Assembly: GCA_934725085.1 (NCBI GenBank)
Contig: CAKVAL010000003.1
Span: forward strand, 22,894-86,893
Reading direction: 5' to 3'
DNA from: an uncultured Erysipelotrichaceae bacterium
GTDB lineage: Bacteria; Bacillota_I; Bacilli_A; Erysipelotrichales; Erysipelotrichaceae
DNA: 64,000 bases
Part shown: piece by piece, positions 35,257-43,523 of the stretch
How positions within the stretch are numbered: position 1 is the first letter of the stretch
Layout: the number at the start of each line of letters is the position of its first letter
Position numbers and translations under genes: made by a program
The notes under the pieces: model-generated
Database searches by the model: none
Seen by the model: only the letters and a program-made list of their open reading frames with translations
What the model was told of the DNA's origin: nothing

Positions 35257-36264
35257 ATGAATCGTATTAAATATTATTTTGAGCGTCTATTTGAAATAGA
35301 TTGGAAGAATATGTTTAGGGTGGTATGTAAGATATCTAAAAGATGTCATAAGCCTTATATCCTTATTCTATTTGATACAATTTGGTGTTCTATTAAGTAT
35401 GGTGCTGGCTATATGGATTATTTCCAATTCTTCTTTGAGAATTTAAATTCTAAACAAAGGTCCACATATATTAATCGTACTGTAAATAATAAGTATCATC
35501 GTTTATTGAATAATCGTGATTATTTCCATTTATTTCAAAACAAGCATGAATTTTTAAATACATATAAGGAATTTATTAAAAGAGATTTCTTATTGTTGGA
35601 TGAATCCACTTATGATGAATTCTTATATTTTGTGAAGAAACATCCTGTATTTATCGCAAAGCCTGATGATGGCTTATGTGGTATTGGTGTTGAACTTATT
35701 GATACTAATGGATGTGACTTAAAGTGTCTATATGATAAATTGCTTACTAATAAACAAAACTTATTAGAAGAGAGAATAGTTCAAAACGCTGAGATGAATA
35801 AACTTTATCCTGAGGCTATTAATACTTTAAGAGTTGTTACTATTAATCGTTTTGGTAAGGTTAGCGTTCCTTTTGTAGCTTTGAGAATTGGAACGGGTGG
35901 TAGGCACGTGGATAATTTCCATGCGGGTGGTTGTTTCTCTGTTGTAGATAGTGATGGAGTTGTTAGAAAACCTGCTTTGGATAAAGAAAACAGAATCTTT
36001 TATGTTCATCCAGATACTGTTACTTCTATTATTGGATTTAAGGTTCCAATGTATGATGAAGTAATTGAACAATGCAAGAAAATGGCTTTGGTTACACCTG
36101 AAATCGGTTATACAGGTTGGGATATGGCGATAGGTGAAAAGGGTATTGATGTCGTAGAGGCTAATCAATTACCAGGATATGACATTTATCAGTCTTATCC
36201 TCATTTGAATGCTGATTTGTGTGGTTTGAAGCCACGTTTTGATGAAGCTATATTTAATAAATAA
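35257..36264 (+). CDS. ATP-grasp protein, TupA-like / sugar-transfer-associated ATP-grasp family
   Basis: The N-terminal YMDYFQFFFENL...R.TYIN region, VFIAKPDDGLCGIGVELI, LLEERIVQN, NTLRVVT, VDNFHAGG and the C-terminal EANQLPG all resemble that family as I remember it. Confidence 0.6.
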   Translation: MNRIKYYFERLFEIDWKNMFRVVCKISKRCHKPYILILFDTIWCSIKYGAGYMDYFQFFFENLNSKQRSTYINRTVNNKYHRLLNNRDYFHLFQNKHEFLNTYKEFIKRDFLLLDESTYDEFLYFVKKHPVFIAKPDDGLCGIGVELIDTNGCDLKCLYDKLLTNKQNLLEERIVQNAEMNKLYPEAINTLRVVTINRFGKVSVPFVALRIGTGGRHVDNFHAGGCFSVVDSDGVVRKPALDKENRIFYVHPDTVTSIIGFKVPMYDEVIEQCKKMALVTPEIGYTGWDMAIGEKGIDVVEANQLPGYDIYQSYPHLNADLCGLKPRFDEAIFNK

Positions 36265-36286
36265 TTGTTACTAGTAAATCCTTCTT

Positions 36287-36295
36287 TGGTATAAT
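36287..36295 (+). promoter_or_regulatory. extended -10 promoter element for PFOR
   Basis: TGgTATAAT lies 33 nt upstream of the ATG, with AGGAGG between them. Confidence 0.5.
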
Positions 36296-36327
36296 TTATA
36301 CAGATACTTTAGGAGGATTTTTTTAAT

Positions 36328-39300
36328 ATGGGAAAAGTATTCCAATCAATGGATGGAAATACAGCTACTGCCCATTGCGCGTATGCGTTTACTGAAGTAG
36401 CTTGTATTTATCCAATTACACCTTCTTCTCCAATGGCTGAAGTTATCGACACTTGGTCAACAGAGGGCCGTAAGAACATTTTTGATTCAACTGTAAAGGT
36501 TGTAGAAATGCAATCTGAAGGTGGTGCTGCTGGTGCTTTACACGGTGCTTTACAAGGTGGTACTTTAGGTGCTACATTTACTGCTTCACAAGGTTTCTTG
36601 TTGATGATTCCTAATATGTATAAGTTAGCAGGTGAATTATTGCCAGCTGTTATTCATACTAGTGCTAGATCTTTAGCAGGCCGTGCTTTGTCAATTTTTG
36701 GTGATCACCAAGATATCTACTCTGCAAGACAAACAGGTATGTGTATGCTTGCTTCTCATTCTGTTCAAGAATGTATGGATCTTGCTGGTGTAGCTCACTT
36801 GGCTGCTATTAAGGGTTCACTTCCTTTCATTCATTTCTTTGATGGCTTTAGAACTTCTCATGAAATTCAAAAGGTTGAAGTAATGGATCAAGAATTCTTA
36901 AAATCACTTGTTGATATGGATGCAGTTGCTAAGTTTAAGGCTAACGCTTTAAACCCTCATACAAATCCAGTAACAAGAGGTGGTGCTGAGAATGATGATA
37001 TTTACTTCCCAGCTAGAGAAGCTGCTAATGGTTATTATGAAGCTATTCCTGATATCGTTAACGATTATATGCAAAAGATTTCTGAGCATACAGGAAGAAC
37101 TTATGCTCCATTTACTTACTATGGTGCACCTGATGCTGATAGAATTATCATCGCTATGGGTTCTGTTACTGAAACAATCAAGGAAACTATCGATGCTTTA
37201 AGTGCTAAGGGTGAAAAGGTTGGCTTAATTAAGGTTCATCTATATAGACCATTCTCTGTTAAATATCTTGAAAAGGTATTACCAGCTAGTGTTAAGAAAA
37301 TTGCTGTTCTTGATAGAACAATCGAAGCTGGCGCTAGAGAACCTCTATTCTTAGATGTTTGTGATGCTTTAAGAGAACACAAAGATTTAACAATCATTGG
37401 TGGTAGATATGGTTTATCAAGTAGAGATACTGCTCCAAACCAAATCAAGGCTGTATATGATGAATTAGCTCATGATAATCCAAGAGAAGAATTTACAATT
37501 GGTATTGAAGACGATGTTACTCATTTATCACTTCCAGTTGATCCTAACTTCCATGTAGATGCAGATTACACATCTTGTCTATTCTTTGGTTTAGGTAGTG
37601 ATGGTACTGTTGGTGCTAACAAGTCATCTATTAAGATTATTGGTGATAATACAGACCAATATGCACAAGCATATTTCCAATATGACTCTAAGAAGGCTGG
37701 TGGTGTTACTAGATCTCACTTAAGATTTGGTCCTTCTCCTATTAGATCTACATATTATATTAGTAATGCTGACTTTATTTCTTGTTCATTAGATTCATAC
37801 TGCTTCAAGTATGATATGACTAAGCAATTAAAGGATGGTGGTACTTTCTTACTTAACACTTCTTTCCCTAAGGAAGAAATTGCTAAGCACTTACCAAATA
37901 GAATGCTTGCAGGTTTAGCTAAGAAGCATGCTAAGTTCTATATCATTGATGCTACAAAGATTTGTGCTGAAATTGGTATGGGTAGAAGAACAAATACTAC
38001 TCTTCAATCTGCATTCTTCGCATTGAACGAACAAATCATGCCATATGATAAGGCTCTAGAACTTATGAAATATATGGCTAAGAAGTCTTACTCTAAGAAG
38101 GGTGATGATGTAGTTGAAATGAACTACAAAGCAATTGATGCTGGTAAGGCAGGTCTTGTTGAAGTTACTGTTGATCCAGCTTGGGCTGAATTAACATATG
38201 ATGCTAATAAGGCTAATACAGGTGATGCTTACTTTGATAATCATGTATCTGTAATTAACGCATTAGATGGTTATGATCTACCAGTTTCTAACTTCTTGAA
38301 GTATGGATTACCTGATGGTTCATTACAATCAAATGTTGCATTCAAGGAAAAGAGAACTATCGCAGTTAAGGTTCCTAAGTGGAATGCTGAAAATTGTATC
38401 CAATGTGGTTTCTGTGCATTTGTATGTCCACATGCTACTATTAGACCAGTTCTATTAACTGATGAAGAAATCAAGAATGCACCAAAAGAATTTGATACTA
38501 TTCCTGCTATGGGTAAGGGTGTTGAAAACCTTAAGTTCAGAATTCAAGTTTCACCTGCTAACTGTGTAGGTTGTGGTTTGTGTGCTGAAGAATGTCCAGG
38601 TAAGGGTGGTAAGAAGGCTCTTGAAATGGTTGATGTTAATGAAGAACTTGAAAATGAAGTTCTTGCAGACTACATGTTCAAGGATCTAGAACCTAAGACA
38701 ACTTATTATCCAACTAATACAATTAAGGGTTCTCAATTCTTAAAGCCTTACTTTGAAGTATCTGGTGCTTGTCCTGGATGTGGTGAAGCTCCTTACTATA
38801 AGTTAGTTTCTCAATTATTCGGACGTGATATGCTAGTTGCGAATGCTACTGGTTGTTCAATGATTTACTGTTCAAGTGCTCCATCTACTCCGTTTGTTAA
38901 GGATAAGAATGGTGAAGGTGTTGCTTGGGCTAACTCATTATTTGAAGATAATGCTGAATATGGCTATGGTATGGCTATTGCTCAAAACTACAAAGAATCT
39001 AAGATTTTAAGCATCATGGAAGCTAATTTAGATTCTGATTGTGGAGAAGTCTTCAAGAAATATATCGCTGCTGGCAACAATAGAGATGCTCAAAGAGCAT
39101 GTGTTGACGAAGTAGTTGCTGCTGTTAAGGCTAGCTCAAATCCTGCAGTTAAGGAATTATTAGAATTCGAAAGAGATCTAGTATCTAAGTCTGTATGGAT
39201 CGTTGGTGGTGACGGTTGGGCATACGATATCGGTTATGGAGGCCTAGACCATGTACTTGCTAATAACGTTAATGTTAACGTATTAGTTCTAGATACAGAA

Positions 39301-39831
39301 GTTTACTCTAATACTGGTGGTCAATCTTCTAAGTCATCTCAAGCTGCTTCTATTGCCAAGTTTGCTGCTGGTGGTAAGGCTACAGCTAAGAAAGACTTAG
39401 GCCAAATCGCTATGGCTTATGGTCATGTATATGTTGCTTCAGTATCTATGGGTGCTAACAGAATGCAATTATTAAAGGCTCTTGAAGAAGCTGAAAGCTA
39501 CGATGGACCATCTCTAATCATTGCTTACTGTCCATGTGCTGAACAAGGTATCAGATCTGGTCTTGCTTCTCAACAAAAGGTTGAAGCTAATGCCGTTAAG
39601 TGTGGTTACACTACTCTATACAGATTCGACCCACGTAAGGAACAACCTCTAACAATCGATTCTAAGGAACCAAATTGGGATGAATTCGAAGCATTCTTAA
39701 TGAATGAAAACAGATACAACCAATTACCTAAGATCAGAGGTCAAGAGGCTGCTGAAGCTGCATTTGCTAAGACAAAGAGCGATGCTCAAAAGCGTTATAA
39801 GAGACTAGTTGCTCTATCTAAAGAGTACTAA
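36328..39831 (+). CDS. nifJ: pyruvate:ferredoxin (flavodoxin) oxidoreductase
   Basis: 1167 aa. It has two 4Fe-4S ferredoxin motifs (CIQCGFCAFVCP, CVGCGLCAEECP) and a TPP-binding GGDGWAYDIG. Confidence 0.95.
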   Translation: MGKVFQSMDGNTATAHCAYAFTEVACIYPITPSSPMAEVIDTWSTEGRKNIFDSTVKVVEMQSEGGAAGALHGALQGGTLGATFTASQGFLLMIPNMYKLAGELLPAVIHTSARSLAGRALSIFGDHQDIYSARQTGMCMLASHSVQECMDLAGVAHLAAIKGSLPFIHFFDGFRTSHEIQKVEVMDQEFLKSLVDMDAVAKFKANALNPHTNPVTRGGAENDDIYFPAREAANGYYEAIPDIVNDYMQKISEHTGRTYAPFTYYGAPDADRIIIAMGSVTETIKETIDALSAKGEKVGLIKVHLYRPFSVKYLEKVLPASVKKIAVLDRTIEAGAREPLFLDVCDALREHKDLTIIGGRYGLSSRDTAPNQIKAVYDELAHDNPREEFTIGIEDDVTHLSLPVDPNFHVDADYTSCLFFGLGSDGTVGANKSSIKIIGDNTDQYAQAYFQYDSKKAGGVTRSHLRFGPSPIRSTYYISNADFISCSLDSYCFKYDMTKQLKDGGTFLLNTSFPKEEIAKHLPNRMLAGLAKKHAKFYIIDATKICAEIGMGRRTNTTLQSAFFALNEQIMPYDKALELMKYMAKKSYSKKGDDVVEMNYKAIDAGKAGLVEVTVDPAWAELTYDANKANTGDAYFDNHVSVINALDGYDLPVSNFLKYGLPDGSLQSNVAFKEKRTIAVKVPKWNAENCIQCGFCAFVCPHATIRPVLLTDEEIKNAPKEFDTIPAMGKGVENLKFRIQVSPANCVGCGLCAEECPGKGGKKALEMVDVNEELENEVLADYMFKDLEPKTTYYPTNTIKGSQFLKPYFEVSGACPGCGEAPYYKLVSQLFGRDMLVANATGCSMIYCSSAPSTPFVKDKNGEGVAWANSLFEDNAEYGYGMAIAQNYKESKILSIMEANLDSDCGEVFKKYIAAGNNRDAQRACVDEVVAAVKASSNPAVKELLEFERDLVSKSVWIVGGDGWAYDIGYGGLDHVLANNVNVNVLVLDTEVYSNTGGQSSKSSQAASIAKFAAGGKATAKKDLGQIAMAYGHVYVASVSMGANRMQLLKALEEAESYDGPSLIIAYCPCAEQGIRSGLASQQKVEANAVKCGYTTLYRFDPRKEQPLTIDSKEPNWDEFEAFLMNENRYNQLPKIRGQEAAEAAFAKTKSDAQKRYKRLVALSKEY

Positions 39832-39842
39832 TTAATCAAATT

Positions 39843-39870
39843 AAAGGAGTTATCAATCGATAACTCCTTT
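39843..39870. terminator. bidirectional terminator between convergent nifJ and the 327-aa gene
   Basis: Perfect 12-bp stem AAAGGAGTTATC/GATAACTCCTTT with a 4-nt loop. Confidence 0.75.
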
Positions 39871-39871
39871 T

Positions 39872-40855
39872 CTATAGAAATAATTCATCATATAAGCATT
39901 CTATTTTTTTATTATCATAAGCTATTATAGAAATAATATCTTTAACTAATTCTTTATCAACTACATCTAATTTATTGAGATATTCTTCTTTAGGCAAAGT
40001 TATTAGATTACTGAACTCATCGTCTTCATTAAAATATTCGACTCCATAATTACTTCCTTTATGAGAGAACAAATAAATATAATTATTAAAACCACAATAA
40101 AACTTCTGTCCTACATCAAATTTAAAGTAATGATTTTTAAAAATATCTTCATTCTTACTTTTATTTTTAGCTTTAATTTCTATTGAATATTTCTTTTCTG
40201 AAATGATTTGATATGCACTATTTAAAAATGTATCAATCACTTTATTACACAGACGATATCTATTTCGATTTAACTTGATTTCACCATTTTTATCTTCAAC
40301 AAGTTTATATATTTTAGCCTTATTATTCTTTGAATCAAATTTATGAATATAATACAAGTTATGGTCATCTTTAATAATATTTCCTTCTCGAAAACAATGA
40401 ACACTATCTATTAAAATCTTTCTTTTTGATCTTAATCTTAAATTAATATCGTTCATATGATTAACTTTAAGGCTGTCTACTATATAAAGAAGCTCGTTTT
40501 TATCTATTTCATAACAAGTATTTAGGTAAAAATAAGTATTTTTTGTGAAGTGATAATTATCTTTGTTTAAAAGATAATGCTTATTTAAATCGCTTTTCTG
40601 ACTGGTGCCACTATATGCATATACAAAGTTTTTTTCTTTCTTTGCCACTATAAAAGGGCGAATACGATGTCTCTGACCTAATTTTTCTAAATTATCGGTT
40701 CTTGTTACCCCAAAGACAATATCACCGGGTCTAATTTCTTTAAATAACTTATCATGATCAATATCTTTTAATTGAGGAACTAAGTCAATTAGTGATGGTT
40801 CTTTCTTCTTAAATATGTTTTTAAGAAAGTTTAAAATTCTTTTTAATAATTCCAT
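39872..40855 (-). CDS. hypothetical protein with MazF/PemK-like N-terminal region and unknown C-terminal extension
   Basis: Residues about 40-150 (RPGDIVFGV...HRIRPFIVAK...YSGTSQ...TYFYLNTCYEIDKNEL) parallel MazF motifs (GDLIWVDF...HRPAVVLS...PCTTQ...LADQVKSI). It has its own AAAGGAG RBS. It is very AT-rich. Confidence 0.35.
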   Translation of the reverse strand: MELLKRILNFLKNIFKKKEPSLIDLVPQLKDIDHDKLFKEIRPGDIVFGVTRTDNLEKLGQRHRIRPFIVAKKEKNFVYAYSGTSQKSDLNKHYLLNKDNYHFTKNTYFYLNTCYEIDKNELLYIVDSLKVNHMNDINLRLRSKRKILIDSVHCFREGNIIKDDHNLYYIHKFDSKNNKAKIYKLVEDKNGEIKLNRNRYRLCNKVIDTFLNSAYQIISEKKYSIEIKAKNKSKNEDIFKNHYFKFDVGQKFYCGFNNYIYLFSHKGSNYGVEYFNEDDEFSNLITLPKEEYLNKLDVVDKELVKDIISIIAYDNKKIECLYDELFL

Positions 40856-40943
40856 TCGTACACTCCTTTTCTAACTTACCTTAATTGTAAGAAAAAGGGT
40901 GTACATAAATCACACCACCCAAAAGAAAAGTAGGAACTTGATC

Positions 40944-41558
40944 CTACTTGATAAATGAAACTTTATTTTCTTTTCCTTGAATCAATCTCTTAATATTAGC
41001 TCTATGCATAAATATTACAAATAATGTAAGAAGTAATACTAGAGTAGCTAATGAGTTATCCTTATATGTCAAAAAACCCATGATAGTTGCCATTGTTAGT
41101 GCCGACATAGAAGCTAGTGACATATATTTAGTTAGACACAATACGATAACAAATACCAAGACTGGATATAAGAATGTAAAGATAAAGTCATGTGTGATAA
41201 ATAGGGCAATGCCTAGAATATAACCCATAGCACATGCTACTGCTTTGCCACCTCTAAATTGGGCAAAGACCGGGAAACAGTGTCCTATACATACTGCTAA
41301 TCCTGCATATCTAGCATATTCTGGTGAAATCTTATTTACAATCACCATCACAATAAATGCTTTTAAGGCATCTAGAATAATAACTGAAATACCGGCTTTT
41401 TTGCCTAATACTCTACCTGCATTGGTTCCACCTAGATTACCAGAACCCTTAGTTCTAATATCTACACCGTAAAATACTTTACCAATAATAAGGGCCCAGG
41501 GAATAGAACCAACAAGATACCCAACAATCAGCCACAAAATCAATATAATAGTTTTCAT
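40944..41558 (-). CDS. plsY: glycerol-3-phosphate acyltransferase PlsY
   Basis: GSGNLGGTNAGR motif in a polytopic membrane protein. It is divergent from parE, as in Bacillus. Confidence 0.92.
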   Translation of the reverse strand: MKTIILILWLIVGYLVGSIPWALIIGKVFYGVDIRTKGSGNLGGTNAGRVLGKKAGISVIILDALKAFIVMVIVNKISPEYARYAGLAVCIGHCFPVFAQFRGGKAVACAMGYILGIALFITHDFIFTFLYPVLVFVIVLCLTKYMSLASMSALTMATIMGFLTYKDNSLATLVLLLTLFVIFMHRANIKRLIQGKENKVSFIK

Positions 41559-41597
41559 AAAAAAATTATAACAAAACTTTTGGTATAATTGACTGGT

Positions 41598-43523
41598 ATG
41601 AATAATAATTATGATGATAACAGTATAGAAATATTAGAGGGACTAGATGCCGTTAGAAAAAGACCTGGCATGTATATTGGTTCCATCGATAATAGAGGAC
41701 TACATCATTTAGTATGGGAAATCGTCGATAACGCAATCGATGAAGCTTTAAATGGTTTTGGTAAAGAAATCATTATTGAACTAAATAAAGATGGCTCTTG
41801 TAGTGTAACTGACTTTGGACGTGGTATGCCCATAGGTAAACATAAGTCTGGTAAAAACACTCTAGAAGTAATTTTTACTGTACTACATGCTGGTGGTAAG
41901 TTCTCAAATGAAGGTGGTTATAAGACAGCTGGTGGTCTGCATGGTGTAGGTGCCAGTGTTGTTAATGCGCTAAGTAAATGGTGCGAAGTAGAAGTGTGCC
42001 GCGATAAGAAAAGATATCGCATGCGCTTTGAAAATGGTGGTAAGAAAATTGGTAAACTTGAAGAACTTGGAAGTACTAATAAGACTGGTTCTAAGGTTAC
42101 TTTTATGCCTGATGATACTATCTTTTCAACAACTACTTTTAACTTCAATACAATTTGTGAAAGAGCACAAGAAGAAGCTTTCTTATTAGAAGGTGTTAAG
42201 ATTGTAGTTAAAGATTATATTCATAATGAAGAAAATGAATTCCATTATGAAAATGGTCTATTAGCCTTTATGAACTATCTTCATGAAGACAAGGACGTTT
42301 TACATGAACCTGTAATTTTTTCAGGCGAAAGTAATGGTATCAACATTAAGTGCGCTTTCCAATATACTGATGGTTACCAAGAAAACACTTTTTCTTATGT
42401 AAATCTTGTAAGAACTAAAGATGGTGGTACCCATGAAGTTGGCTATAAGACTGCTTTTACCAAGACTATTAATGACTATGCAAGAAATAATGGTCTATTA
42501 AAGGAAAAAGATAAAAACTTTGAAGGTAGCGATGTAAGAGAAGGCTTAACTAGCATTATTGTTGTTACTATTCCAGAAGACTTATTACAATTTGAAGGAC
42601 AGACAAAGGGCAAACTTGGTACACCAATCGCTAAGACGGCTGTAGATAATGTAGTAAGTGAACACTTAATGTATTTTTTAGTTGAAAATAAGGATTTAGC
42701 TACATCTTTAATCAAAAAGATTCAACGTGCTGCTTATGCTCGTGATGCAGCAAGAAAAGCCAAGGATGAGGCAAGAGCTGGCAAGAAGTCTTCATCTAAG
42801 GCAAAAGAAGTCTTAAGTGGCAAGTTAGCTCCTGCTCAAAGTAAGGATTATAAAAGATTAGAACTCTTTTTGGTCGAAGGTGATTCAGCCGGTGGTAGTG
42901 CTAAGAAGTGTCGTGACTCTAAATATCAAGCAATTTTACCTTTAAGAGGTAAGGTTTTAAATACTGAAAAAGCATCTTTAGTAGATATCGAAAAGAATGA
43001 AGAATTAAATACGATTGTTCATTGTTTAGGTGCTGGTGTTGGTGCCCACTTTGATGTTGAAGATATTCATTATGATAAAGTAATCATCATGACCGATGCT
43101 GATACCGATGGAGCTCATATTCAGGTATTATTATTAACTTTCTTCTATCGTTTTATGAGAGAGTTAATCGAAAAGGGACATGTATATGTAGCTATGCCTC
43201 CTTTATATGGCGTTAAAACTAAAGAGGGTATGGATTATTTGTTCTCTGATGATGAATTAAATAAGTATCGTTCAAGTCATACAATCAAGGGTGATATTCA
43301 AAGATATAAGGGTCTTGGTGAAATGGATGCTGATCAATTATGGGATACAACTATGGATCCTGAAAAGCGTACTTTAATTAAAGTAAATATTGAGGATGCA
43401 GCTATTTGTGAACGCAAGATTTCTATTTTAATGGGTAATAAGCCAGAACTTAGAAGAAAGTGGATTGAAGAGAATATTGACTTTACTTTAGAAGAAAATT
43501 ATAAGGTGGAAAGACATGGCTAA
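41598..43523 (+). CDS. parE: DNA topoisomerase IV subunit B
   Basis: GHKL ATPase and TOPRIM motifs (LEGLDAVRKRPGMYIG, EGDSAGG). plsY-parE-parC synteny. The ATG at 41598 is preferred over the TTG at 41589. Confidence 0.85.
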   Translation: MNNNYDDNSIEILEGLDAVRKRPGMYIGSIDNRGLHHLVWEIVDNAIDEALNGFGKEIIIELNKDGSCSVTDFGRGMPIGKHKSGKNTLEVIFTVLHAGGKFSNEGGYKTAGGLHGVGASVVNALSKWCEVEVCRDKKRYRMRFENGGKKIGKLEELGSTNKTGSKVTFMPDDTIFSTTTFNFNTICERAQEEAFLLEGVKIVVKDYIHNEENEFHYENGLLAFMNYLHEDKDVLHEPVIFSGESNGINIKCAFQYTDGYQENTFSYVNLVRTKDGGTHEVGYKTAFTKTINDYARNNGLLKEKDKNFEGSDVREGLTSIIVVTIPEDLLQFEGQTKGKLGTPIAKTAVDNVVSEHLMYFLVENKDLATSLIKKIQRAAYARDAARKAKDEARAGKKSSSKAKEVLSGKLAPAQSKDYKRLELFLVEGDSAGGSAKKCRDSKYQAILPLRGKVLNTEKASLVDIEKNEELNTIVHCLGAGVGAHFDVEDIHYDKVIIMTDADTDGAHIQVLLLTFFYRFMRELIEKGHVYVAMPPLYGVKTKEGMDYLFSDDELNKYRSSHTIKGDIQRYKGLGEMDADQLWDTTMDPEKRTLIKVNIEDAAICERKISILMGNKPELRRKWIEENIDFTLEENYKVERHG

